A stretch of DNA of 63,369 nucleotides, filler included, from Trichosphaerium sp. ATCC 40318 (lineage: Eukaryota > Protista > Tubulinea), in assembly GCA_038496445.1 (NCBI GenBank). It is 4 parts of 4 records of this genome, joined end to end, with 100 filler letters (N's around TTAATTAATTAA, not from the genome) between each part and the next. Parts side by side here need not be neighbours in the genome. Positions count along the whole stretch, not along the records: positions 1 to 24,436 come from JALMLS010000178.1; positions 24,537 to 35,108 come from JALMLS010000144.1; 2 more parts are not named here. One strand, 5' to 3'. The notes beneath the pieces were generated by a model. It saw only the letters and a list, made by a program, of their open reading frames with translations, searched no databases and was not told the DNA's origin. The translations under genes were made by a program, and so were the position numbers. How positions within the stretch are numbered: position 1 is the stretch's first letter; each line of letters starts with the position of its first letter. Shown piece after piece: positions 13,599 to 25,565 of the stretch.

Positions 13599-15288
13599 TT
13601 ATTTTTTATCAAGACAATCTACTACTATGCTTACTTTCTCTTTTGATTCTGTTTTCCATTGTGGCTTACAACCATCTTTGTTCTTGTTGTGAAGTGTCAT
13701 ATTTCCAGTAATATTAACAGCATGAAGTACATCACCAACGAAAAAAGGCCTAGTACTATAAGAAAACAAAAGTGTTAAGCAATTACCTATCAATGCTATC
13801 GTATACAGTAACACCATTAAATGCAATGTTGCCCATTGTCCTGTCATCATTAAGAGATATGGGATTCATTTCATCAATAGCCACATCGGATAGTGTTACC
13901 TTAGAAAACGACATGCTTGAGGTTGGTTTTTTATGGTGTAAATAGATGCCTAAAGTAAGTCAGTACAGTTCTATATAGACAGATTTGTGAAAAAACAAAT
14001 TAAGGACATATTTTATGGATATGAAGAAATATCTTAATCCTTTGAACTTTGTTTCTTTCAGTACCTGCACTACTCGAACTCGAAACAGTGGTGTTTTCAA
14101 TATTTATAAACCCTGTTGCTTCTATAGTTGCCAGGCTAATCAAGATTCCATAAGAGGCACCATATTGCATGTTACTATCCTTAACAGTGACAGAGATATC
14201 AGCATTGTTAGCAAGTCTGCCAAGATACATTTTGAAGTTGGCACCAGTATTCTAAATTTTACATTAACTGTTGTACAGATCGCTACTAGTTAAGCGGTAC
14301 ATTGAAAAATGAACATCTATTGAATACGACATCTACAACTTTGTTGAGAGATGTATCTGGTTCAATATCAACACCGGCTAAAATCGTAGTTAACACGTGT
14401 ATTGTGAAAAAAATGCGTGGTTTTTTTGGAATACCTTGTGGCAATGTCCCGTTCGTATTTGAGAAAACACAATCCTCTGCTAGTAAGTGTTCCGCTGATA
14501 TTATGGACATGCCCTAATGTGCGATTAACTAACCATCAAACAGCAGCAAAATTGCCCGTACTTGTCTGTAGTTTCTATCCGAAACTACATTTTTGATATA
14601 AATATTGCTGTCTCCAGGCCTATAAAAACACCTAAACAATACGTTACGACTATTAAGAATACCACAAGATTTCCTCACCGTCACCGCCAGTTTCTGTCAC
14701 TGTCAAGGGGCCCAATATGTTGACGTGCGAAGAATACTCGACCTTAATTCCATGACGAAATTCTGACACATTGTATTGTTTTGGATTCGTGTAATCCATT
14801 CTATGCATACGTAGTGTTGCCATACTACCAGAAGACATTACTGTGATATTATTCAAGTGAGATATTGTAAACAAACAATCATCTAGTCGCGTTTTGCCAA
14901 CAATTCAACTCCTTGTTCAAATACAATCGTTTGGTTGCTGTGCTTAGCAAATAAAGGTTGCGTTATCCATGGTTTTCCAACGTAAGGCACGATGACCTAA
15001 AACAAGAAATCACGTGACAAAACACTTTACAGCTATAAACAACCTGTTTTTGCGGCGCTAGTTGTTGTGCTTGCGCATTGTTTTGTATGGAGTGAAAATG
15101 CATTATAATGTTCTTGTTTAGTTTACCTTGTAAGTTAACTGGGATAGAGATAATTGTAGAAACTCTGTAGAGTCGTCTTCATTAAATCCATAGCACTTTA
15201 CGTTGACTTCTTGTCAGTTGTAGCAAGGATCAGTTGAAGTAGCACTTACCGTTAAAGCGAGGACTAGCAATACAAGGTATTGTAACAT
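13599..15288 (-). CDS. Secreted right-handed parallel beta-helix (pectin lyase-like) protein, multi-exon
   Basis: Signal peptide MLQYLVLLVLALTVSA, plus segments RHGIKVEYSSHVNI..TGGDG and EDCVFSNTNGTLPQ-AGVDIEPD. Confidence 0.75.
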
Positions 15289-15485
15289 TGTGAATTAGAG
15301 TTAAACAAAGTGAAAATACCTGTTTGTTTAGTTTATTTGATTAAGTTACCCTTAATACAGGCACATATCTCATTACATATAGTACCACACAAACTCCTTA
15401 CGGAGCTTGGGATATGCCCCTTACAGGGTATGTTATGTGATTTCATTTACAAGATAATCTTCGCCATTCGCAAGGAGTCGTTCTT

Positions 15486-17489
15486 TTACGCGTCTGGTTT
15501 TAATCGCGTGATTGACACTACGGTGTGTTTGTACTTCTTGTAGAGTTCTATTTGATAAATCATGTGTGACATCTCTTTCGTTTTTCTCCTAAGTCTCCTG
15601 TTGGTGGTTTTGTCTCTGTCTAGTTCTCTGTGGTATTCCGTTGACAGGCCTGTTGTTGTGAATTCTGTAGCATACCCAAAGCATGCTTTGAGTAGCATTG
15701 GTTTGTGCGTTTCGCTGTGACTAAAGACGTTATGTTCGTTATGAAATGTTGGGTATTTCATCGTGTCTTTATATTGTATGTCATCATGTGATCTAGTGTA
15801 GTCTCTTTTATTAAAGCCTAGTATGGCTAGAAGCCATAGTTCTGGTGACATGATTCTATTTGGGTTTTTGTATTTCATGAACATGTTAGTATGGTTAAAA
15901 ATGCGTTCATATAGAGGGGTGTTTTGTTCCGTTTGTTTTTCACCTAGTGGTGTAAGTTTACTTTTTATGATATTGTCCTCTAGGTGTCCTGTTATTGGTA
16001 TGGCTTTGTGTATACCTGTTAGGTCTCCATTCGTTTTGATTAGGTATTTGGTCACTTGTCCTATTATTTCTGTTGTCGATTCATAGAAGGTTCTGTGTGG
16101 GTCAGAAACTTAGGTGTGCTATGTCTTCTGCTTGTTCCACATGTGGTCTTTCGCATATTTCACATCTATTACTTTTGTACATCTCTTTCATATATTTTTC
16201 TATATATACGGTGGGGTTTTCTATCTTTTTGGCTATACCAAAGAGTCTTTCGTTTAGCCAGAGGTTGTTAGTTTTAAGTCTGAAGATAAAATCTTGGATT
16301 CTTCCAAATTCTGATTCGTTTCTGGAGAAAATCACATGTGATGTTTTCATGTCCGTGCCTTCGTATCTGGATGGTTTGGTGGATTCTGTGATCCAGCACT
16401 CATCCCAGTAGTTTTGGTTTTCGTTTTTGCGTGATTTTTGGTAATTACCGTGGACAATCATTCCGTTTTTGCTTACTGTGAACTCGTTATGACCTTCACC
16501 CATTTCTTCATAGTGTGGTGTTCTTTGTGTGATTCTGTCTCATCCTCTTTTGCTAGCTTGTCAGCTGCTTTATTCCCTTCTATGAGAGCATCTACTATTT
16601 CACTTCCATACTTTTCATTGAGTCTTTTAATTTGATTTTTCTTGTTCTTTGAGATTTTGGTTGTATCGTCATCTATGGTGTGTGCTGGTACCCATAACAT
16701 TTTTATATTCACTTTTTCCATTGCATTGTTGATACAATGGAGTATAGATTTGTATGGGAGTTTTTTTCTTTTGTGTTTATCCATTGTCTTGTAGTTTTTA
16801 ATGAGTTTTTTGGCACCTATGCAGTCTGTGCCTAAGACTGCTCTACAGCCTTGCAGTAGACTGTTTATTGCCATTTCTATCGCATATAGTTCTGCATATA
16901 TAGGGTTGGTCACATATGGAACCATCCCATAGATTTGGTATTGCTTATCTATGTATACTCCAAATCCAGCTCTTGAGTCCTGGTATTTGTCGTAGTCCTT
17001 CTTGCAACTACCGTCTGTAGATATTATGAGCGTGTTTTTCGTTTTTTCCATGTCGCTTGTTTGTATGGTGGTCCATCTTTGGTATGTGGGGCTCCATTTG
17101 TTGAGATTAGGTGTGTATATAATATCTCTTTCGTTACAACTGTTTATGTCAGCCCATGTGTCTAAGAAATTGTCATATACGTTGTAATGACTACTACCAC
17201 AACCTGGTGGCTGTAGTTTGACGTCACCAAGTTTGGATATGACCTGTGAATTAAATACTTGGGCGTTACATAATCTATCATTTTTGACTGCTTTGATGAG
17301 TGGGTTGTCATAATTTAGTATGTCGTATAGTATTGTGTTACCAAATCTTTCAGCTTGTAAATCAGATATGCATATGAGGTTTTTGGCCCCTACTTTATGT
17401 CCTCCGTATAGTCTGTGTGCTTTTTGTCCTTCAATGGATTTACATAGTTTTCTTGTGCGTTTTAGAATGAGGGTTTCTATTTTGTCCAC
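15486..17489 (-). pseudogene. LINE ORF2 C-terminal part (RNase H + Cys/His knuckle), frameshifted
   Basis: ORFs 16473-17489, 16102-16503 and 15486-16055 follow each other with frameshifts. Confidence 0.9.
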
Positions 17490-17499
17490 TGTATTATAT

Positions 17500-18532
17500 C
17501 AGTGGTAAAATGAAAACGGGATTTTGGATATAAATCCCACTAAATTCCTTTGTTTTAGGGATTTTTAAGGTAATTTGTGAAGAATTCTTATTTTTTTTTT
17601 TTTTTTATGACAGGATTTTTGATAGAATTACCATAATATTCCCTTAAATACGGAATTTTCAGAATTATTGTACAAAATCCACCAAATAATGTACTAATTT
17701 AGTTAGGGTTAGGGTTAGGGCTAGGGTTGAGGTTTATGAAAGTACAAATTAAGTTAGGGTTAGGGTTTAGTTTTATATTTGCAAAAAACCATCGACACCT
17801 TAGGTACATAGGTTTTTCTAGCGAACAATATCCACATGCTATTATTAAAGGTGCAAAAACCAATGGTACAGGTTAAAGTGCGTTAATCCAAAAAGTAACG
17901 GAGAACGCGTTTTAGGTGGTTTGGAAAATCACTTAAACATAAATATCTTTTACTTATCTGTTTTAGGATGATTAAAGCATTGCAACAGCCTTATTACACC
18001 ATTAAAGAATGTATTTAAAGCATTAACTCCAAGTACGTTGTTTTTAAAGCTTATTTCCACTTAATTTATCAAAAAACCCTACGTGTTCTTAATTTAGCGT
18101 TTACAAACGCATTAATTATTGTTCAGGCTCTCAAAACCAAATGCGATCAAATTACTTCTTTCGTTTATGAAGACATGATGTATTTAACTTGTACATATTA
18201 TTTAGGATGTTTGTATTTTGTAATGATCAATAAATAAAATGACTTTGCATTAAATCTGAACCAAAGTATCGAATAATATTTTGTGCAATTTATAAAGTAT
18301 TTTTTATTGAAATCTACAAAAAATACATTAAGAAATGCTATAAAGAATACATAGAGAATTCTATATAAAATACATATACAATTCCAAAAGTAATATTCTA
18401 AGAATTCTATGAGTAATACTTACGGAATTTCATATAAATTCAATGGGAATTAAGGAAGAGTTTTTCCGTCTACTTTTCCCATAGGAAAACAGGGTGGATT
18501 ACTTAAAAATTCCCATTTCTATTTTACTACTG
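17500..18532. mobile_element. Non-autonomous DNA transposon (CAGTRG...CYACTG termini) inserted in the LINE
   Basis: TIR cagtggtaaaatgaaaacgggatttt / aaaaattcccatttctattttactactg with ATAT on both sides. Removing it plus one ATAT restores the LINE frame ...FIAIPYNTVDKIET. Confidence 0.9.
17700..17772 (+). repeat. Interstitial telomere-like (TTAGGG)n tract inside the transposon
   Basis: ttagggttagggttagggctagggttgagg...ttagggttagggtttag. Confidence 0.8.
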
Positions 18533-18536
18533 ATAT

Positions 18537-20634
18537 GGTATAGCTATAAAGGACATCATGTATGCTGCTTTAGCTAGTACTAGTTGATTAATTGCTTTAA
18601 TTGCAATTCTCATGGGTACTCTGAACTTGGTGACATTGGTTATCATTTTATCCATACTTGTTTCTAGGATATCACCATGTTCTATTTAGGTTCATCCAGA
18701 TTCCTAGATCTTTGTAACACTCATTGCTTTCATATCTTCTGATTGGTTTATTTTTCCAGTTTAAATCTTGTTTGTCTGCGTCGTCGACATGTATGTTGTA
18801 GGTGAATCCTGACTTTTTGGTATTGATGTCTATGTTATAGAATTTTGCAAATGTTTTGACAATCGAGAATAGTTTCACCATGTTTTCTTTTTTGTCGGAG
18901 AAGAGTTTTATATCGTCAGCGTAAGCTAGCGCTGAAATGGTCAACCCTCCTATAAGGTATCCACATTTTGCGTTTTGTAGTTCTTCCATGAGTGGATTTA
19001 TGAATATTATAAAGAGAGTTGGGCTAAGTATATCTCCTTGTTTGACTCCTCTATTCACCTTGATTTTTGTGGTTCCTATTGGTGTAGTAATTTCTGCTAT
19101 TTGGTTGTTGTATGCGTTATCAATAAATTCAATGAACATTGGATCAATTTTATAGTATTTGAGGGTTTTAAGTAGTGCCCATTTGTCCACACTGTCATAG
19201 GCTTTACAAAAGTCTATGTAGGTAACAAATAGTGCATGTATATTCTCTAGGGCGTTTTCAATGATTCCATGGTATATCTTATGGTTCATGTGACAGTTTC
19301 TGGCTTGTGTGAAGCCAAACTGTGCTTCAGATATTATTTTGCAGTTTGTAATGTCTTTTTGTAGTCTTTTGGTGAGTATCGTAGATAGTATTTTGTAACT
19401 AGTGTTTAACAGTGAGATAGGTCTATAATTGCTGACATTAGCTTTGTCACCACTTTTGGGTAACAGTACGATATACGTTTCTTTCCAAGCTTTAGGAATG
19501 TTTTTATTAGCTATACAAAAGTTGCACATGTTGAGTATTTCTGTGCGTTGTTGGTTGTTTTCTGTATTGATGAGTCTTTTATATATTTCTGGGCCAATAC
19601 CAGAAGGGCCAGGAGTTTTAAAGTTAGCCATATTTTTTAAGACTTTGTTTAGTTCTTTGTGAGTTATAGGTGTCATAATACGTGTTCCTTTACTATATGT
19701 GTTTTTCTTAAAAGATTCTGGGATCAGGCCATCTTTTGGTGGGGTTGCTGTGTATATTTTTGACCAGAAACTGCCTACTAGTTCAATCATTTTTGTTTTA
19801 TCATATGTGGTTAGTATTTCATCATTTGCTACGTATTTAATGCATTCTGTGAATTTATAGCAGTTTTCATTGGCTTTACGCACACGGCTATAGAACTTTT
19901 TGAGGTATATACGTTCAAGTTCTAGAATATCGTTGATGCATTTTGAATTACTTTCTTCTTCCATGTCTTTATAGACTTGTTTTTTAGCCTTACCTATTTT
20001 ATTTATGGTACGTTTGGTAACTTTGAGTAGTTTGTCACGGTGGAATCCTTGGTTCAGATCACTGTGAGGGTTATTGTCACAGAAAAATGGTTTAAACTTT
20101 ACTGGTTTGTTCTTTGTGTTTTTGCAGATGAGGATCGCGTTATTATTACATTCTTCATCTGATATTCTCTTGTCTTTCAGCATGCTTTTGAGGTTTTTAA
20201 GTTCACTTCTTTCACGGTTGAGCTTTTTGATTTTATTGGAGTTTACTAGCCTTCCAAAGTCTCGATTGTTTGGATCTTTTGTTGATCCTGTGTATTGTTC
20301 GACGTGTTTGAATAATAGTTTAGTATAGCGTCGCCATCCGTCATCTACTGTTTTCCATCTGTTTCGCTTTTCAGCAGAGTTTTTGTAATTCATCCGTTTT
20401 TTGGATTCTAGTTCTGTTGGTAGTAGATCGGCTATGTCGTCTCTTTCGTATTTGAAGGTTTGGACACATTTTTCACCCAGGTTTTCTCTATTATATTCTT
20501 TGGTTTTAAATCTCTTAACGTAGGGTATTTTAGCTGGTTCACAAAGGTGTTCTTGCACCTTGAGATTTGTATCTACTATTACTGGCCTGTGGTCCGTGTC
20601 TAGTGTGTGATTACATAGTATTTTTGTTTCTGTA
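18537..20634 (-). pseudogene. LINE ORF2 reverse transcriptase segment
   Basis: ORF 18672-20666 has all RT motifs, with a frameshift after LNRTW. The first ~10 ORF codons belong to the inserted element. Confidence 0.95.
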
Positions 20635-20830
20635 CAGGTCTGAAAATTATCATGGTATAATACCATATTTTATGGTATAATCACCTTTTATGGTACAAGC
20701 TCAGTATAATCCATAATTATACCATATAATTATACCATAAAATATGGTATAATACCATGTTTTTTGGACAAATGGTATAACAGCCATTATACCATGTTTA
20801 TACCATATTTCAATTTATAAAATATAATTA

Positions 20831-21190
20831 TACCATAAAACATGGTACTATACCATGGTATTATACTGCATTTTAAAGTATATTATACCACGCATTATAC
20901 CATATAATTATACCATAAAACACAGTATTATACCATGGTATTATACTGTATTTTACAGTATTGTATACCGTGCATTATACCATATAATTATACCATAAAA
21001 CACAGTATTATACCATGGTATTATACCACATTTTACAGTATATTATACCATGCATTATACCATATAATTATACCATAAAACACAGTATTATACCATGGTA
21101 TTATACTGTATTTTACAGTATTGTATACCGTGCATTATACCATATAATTATACCATAAAATGTGGTATTATACTGTGGTATTATACTGTA
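20831..21190. repeat. 80-bp tandem repeat x~4.5
   Basis: Units start taccataaaa at 20831, 20911, 20991, 21071 and 21151. Confidence 0.95.
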
Positions 21191-21231
21191 TAAGTATAAG
21201 TTAGTCAAAGCTCACTTGGTCTGCACTTGAT

Positions 21232-22292
21232 CAGGTCTAAAAATTAAAGTGGTATATACCAGTTTTTTTATGGTATATACCACTTTTTTCAACAAAATGG
21301 TATATGAACTGGTATATACCATTTTGAAATACCACTTTTTTTAGAAATTAAGTGAATAAAAAAGAGGTATATGGAAGTGGTATATACCACTTTTCATTCA
21401 CATAATGAGACCTTCTAAAAATGGTATATAAAGTGGTATATACCACTTTTTTATGGTATGTGGTATATACCACCTTTTTATTGGTATATACCACTTTTAT
21501 GGTATGCTTCAAGAAGGTCATTAAGGAGCTTTTTGGTATTGGGTTTTCTTGTTGAACGATCATAGACGTCATACATTGAACGGTGTGTAGGGACCTTAGT
21601 ATATCATAGAATCTAACCAAACCAAGCTCATTCGAACCGCAGGACCTGATTCCAGTACCAACATTAAGGAAACTATATTGCAGGTATTATACAGACGTTC
21701 GTGGGTAACAGACAAAGGTTTATTTTATTTTCGTTTGATATACATTAACCGACCTCCGTAGGCCTTAGTAATTGATGGATTCAGGTGGGACCACTTTCAT
21801 TAGGTGCGCCAGCATGTTTTTACAGTAGGTACAGCAAGATCATGGAGATGGACGAATTTTCCAGACGCCCATAGTAATGTAACTGTAGTGGACATTGTCC
21901 AAAACTTGTAACTCACAAACTGTGTATTAAATAAAGTGTATTTTCTGGAATTGCAGGTGTACCATAAGTAGACATAAAGTGGTATATAAGGGTGGTATAT
22001 ACCATGAAAAACTGGTATAAAAAAGTGGTATATAAGTGGTATATACCTAAAAAAAGTGGTATAAAAAAGTGGTATATTTTTTTTTTTCTGGTGAAAAAAA
22101 GTGGTATATTTTCTGTTTTTATACCTGTTTTTTTTGGTATATTGTTGGTATATTTGGTCAATATACCACTTTTTTTGGTATATTTCAGTCAAAATATACC
22201 ACTTTTTTTGGTATATACCATAAAAAACTGGTATAAAAAAGTGGTATAAAAGTGGTATATACCAAAAAAACTGGTATATTTTTTTAGACCTG
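21232..22292. mobile_element. Nested related DNA transposon (CAGGTCTAAAAA...TTTTTAGACCTG) with GGTATATACC arrays
   Basis: 12-bp perfect TIR flanked by AT on both sides, with dense palindromic tggtatatacca motifs at both ends. Confidence 0.88.
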
Positions 22293-23748
22293 ATTTAATA
22301 GCATATGGACCTACACAAACGCCATACCACACAATGCTTTGACAGTAGCCGTTATTGAACATAATTGGCATATAAATGTGTGAAAAACAGTTTTAAGAGA
22401 GAAATCTGGTAATGCGCCCCAATTACGGGCGTTTTAGGGATAAATTGGCCAACTTTCTCCGATTAATGGTATTTGAGGAAGAAACCACTCCGTGTACCCC
22501 ATGTTAGAACGCTACAGTGGTATACACACCAAAAACGCGTTTAGTGCTCGAAAAATGCCCATTTGCAAAAAACCTCCAATTGGAGGTTTTTTTCTCCGGC
22601 TTTCATTTTTTTCTCCCCTCCATACGCATTTTTACACTCAATCAACGCCATACAGCCTCATTTACCAAATCAAGAGCAAAATTATTTATTTTTTTTTGAC
22701 ATTCTTGATATATGCCCCAATGTGTGTTAAACCACGTGATTAGTGATATAAGACAAAGTTGTTTCAGAGCCTACCCATTTTTCGAGTTTTTTGGTTTTTT
22801 TTGGATTTTTTTTGATTTTTTTGGTTTTTTTCCTACCAAATGCCCACATTTGCCGGAACAGATAGCATTTAGGCTCTGCACCCATGCGTTGACCTTACGA
22901 GTGATATTGTAAACTAATTGGCTAAGCCAGGGCATAAAACTAAGTTTTGACCAGTTTATTGCCCACACAACACAAGATATGCTAGAAAGTAGTTGTTTTA
23001 AAGCTGTTTGCCATAGGTTTTACAGGCTTAATAGGTGATATAAAAAAAACAAAACGTGTTAGCCGCCCAACCAGGTACTATTCTGCTAGAACTCGTTTCC
23101 GATGAGGTTGGTAGCTATTTTCATTTCTTTGTTTTAGTCTTGGTTTGGCTTCACCGTGCAGGTCATTTGTTACTCTCAGCGCTGCCATAAAACAACAATT
23201 TTTGTACGACTATTTATTTTGTGTACAAGAAACCAAGCCGGCGCTAACTCTTCTTTTAGGTTTCATGCTATATCCATTCAATGCACTTACAGCAAGTACA
23301 ATCTGTTCTTTTAAGGTTATTTGATCACTGCAAAAAAGGACATGGGCAAAACTAAAAGTCACGGATGTAAACAAAAAAAAGATGTATTAATAAATGTGTT
23401 TTTATTTTTAGAACAGTTTTTACACAGTATAATACACCTGGTTTTGTGGTATAATCTACCAAGTTTTAAGGTATAATATACCAGGCTTTATGGTATTATA
23501 CTGTGTTTTATACCATGTTTTATGGTAGAATTATACCATATAATGCATTTTTTCAGGTGAAAAAATATGGTATAAATTCGCACTTTCTACTGTATATTTA
23601 TGGTATAATTTGGCTGTTTCATGGTATAAATCCTTTGATTTATGGTATATTATACTGGAATTTGTGGTATAAAATTGGAATCAATGGTATAATTATACCA
23701 CAAATTCATGGTATCTACCATAAAAACAGCTCGAGAATTTTAGACCTG

Positions 23749-24436
23749 TAATACATTCAGACATTTTATCATTACTAAGACAGTAGTCTATTCAGGATTT
23801 TGCCTTTTTCGCTGAGTACCAGTCGCACCCAGACGCATGTGTGTATTTTGTCTCTTTATTATTCTCGCACCACATGTCTCTTAAGTGATGTTTCTCTATG
23901 AATTCGGACATGGTGTCAATGTTATGACGTGTTTTTTCAGAAAATCTGAATTTGTCTATTTTACGATGTATCATATTGAAATCACCTATAACAGCTAGTC
24001 TAGAGTTGTGGGTGAGCGTGCTTTCTTCTATGGCTTGGGTAATTCCATTCATAAATGGTATTTGTTTTTTATGTACATTAGGTCCGTATAGACCTATTAA
24101 TGTGATTTTAGGTTTGTCAGGTAATTCAACATAACACTTTATTGCTTGATTTTTTAGGTTCATAAGTGGTAACACTGTGACGTATCTATTAACATCCTTT
24201 CTAATAAACACGCCTACACCTCTTCTAGGGTTTAGTTTATTATCATTCATGAGTTTACATTTGTTTAGTGCTTCAACTCTCGATAGTTTATCTTTCCTGA
24301 TAAGTTCTTTAACCGTTTTTTCAGTTTTGATTGTTTTGAGTTCGTCGTCTGAGTATCCAAAAAGATGGAGCTCATAGTCTTTGATAAGTCTGTTATATTT
24401 ATTTGTTACCATGGTTCTACCTCTTTCTCTGAGGAA
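23749..24436 (-). pseudogene. LINE AP-endonuclease segment
   Basis: ORF 23792-24412 (RGVGVFI, LYGPN, IGDFN, LRDMW, YTH) has a premature TGA where the R of SRIDY is expected. Confidence 0.92.
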
Positions 24437-24536
24437 NNNNNNNNNNNNNNNNNNNNNNNNNNNNNNNNNNNNNNNNNNNNTTAATTAATTAANNNNNNNN
24501 NNNNNNNNNNNNNNNNNNNNNNNNNNNNNNNNNNNN
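24437..24536. other. Artificial contig spacer
   Basis: N run with central TTAATTAATTAA, which gives stops in all six frames. Confidence 0.98.
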
Positions 24537-24544
24537 CAAGCTAA

Positions 24545-25533
24545 AAATCGTCGGTTTTACAACAGAGTATTTTAGTGTTCGCACGCGACCGCGAGCTCGC
24601 GGTGCGATTTACGACACGCGAAACCTCTGTTTAAAAATACTTGCAAAAAAAAAAAAAAAAAAAAAAGATTAAAAAAAGATTAAAAAAAAACAACCCTCAC
24701 CTCTTTCCATTCAGCAGGACTGAGCTGAGGTTTGACTCTGCTGGCTCCCCATATCGCAAAATTCACCTTACTTATATCTCCCGCCTCCGCTTGGTAATCG
24801 AAGACCTGGCCTGCGTCGTCGCACCACATCTTGAACAGGTGGCGGTAGCGATCCACCTTGGAGTCTGGAGTGGTCAGACTTTGCAGAAAGTTGATCTTGG
24901 TGCAGTAGATCGCTATCGCTTGCATCTTGGCGAAAGGATTTATCCACTCCACATTCTTGATTGCAAATTTGCAGGTTGTAGCTGCATTTTGTCTAAGGCA
25001 AACAAGTAAGAAACAATTGAACAATAAGGAAAAACAAAAAAAAAAACTGATTCGTTGTTCGAGTTTTTACGACAGAAAAATCTCGTGTTCGAACGCGACC
25101 GCGAGCTCGCGGTCAGTCGACCGACACGTAAAACACGTGTTCGAAAATATTTGAGAACGTATGCCAACTCTGTCAAAAGACAGTGTGCTCCATCTCCAAC
25201 TCCAAAGCCAACAATAGGGTCTGTATTGTACTCATCACACCAAACAATAGGCATAGGGCAAAGCACAAACCTTTTGGTAAAGGTTTCATAAATAGGCATC
25301 TTCTGTATAATGTTCCTGGGGTTGACTCCTCTGACATTCAAAAAACAAGCTATGTGTGACATGTCCAAAGAGCCTTTGTAAAATGAGGGCTTCTTCACTC
25401 TCAGATACTTCTTGTTGATAGAGTTGGCAGCAATCCCTCTTAGCAAAGCCTTTTTTATTGATGACTTTATGATGCAGCCATTCAATTTATTGGTGCCTGA
25501 CTTCATGTAGCTACATAAAAGTTAAAAAAAAAA

Positions 25534-25565
<32 letters not shown>

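Larger units (their letters stand above)
20635..23748. mobile_element. Non-autonomous DNA transposon (CAGGTCTGAAAATT...AATTTTAGACCTG), TA target duplication, GGTAT/ATACC subterminal arrays
   Basis: TIRs flanked by TA. Removing it plus one TA restores the APE frame S*IDYCLSNDKMSECI-TETKILCNHTLDTDHRPV. Confidence 0.92.
15318..24436 (-). mobile_element. Non-LTR retrotransposon (LINE) with APE-RT-RNase H-zinc finger, decayed, interrupted and cut by the contig end
   Basis: APE: GDFN, then S*IDY and TDHRPV. RT: PGPSG, NYRPISLLN, DFCKAYDSV, GVKQGDILSP, YADD. RNase H: TDGS, AEL, TDC, WVPAH, GNKAADKLAK. CEIC..E..H knuckle. A-rich 3' tail near 15320-15340. Confidence 0.95.

Noticed and set aside
18672-20666. 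Retron, DGR or group II intron RT
   Set aside because: The motifs and the flanking APE and RNase H identify a non-LTR retrotransposon.
21625-21665. Minus-strand GGTTCGAAT B-box / tRNA-like fragment
   Set aside because: No cloverleaf or convincing A-box.
20700-22290. Repeat arrays as a possible CRISPR array
   Set aside because: Tandem and subterminal repeats without unique spacers, no cas genes, and a eukaryotic context.
21348-23751. Tyr/Ile/Lys-rich ORFs in the ORF track
   Set aside because: Translations of low-complexity transposon repeats.
24437-24536. TTAATTAATTAA palindrome within N runs (three times)
   Set aside because: Artificial contig linker, so no linkage is inferred across it.
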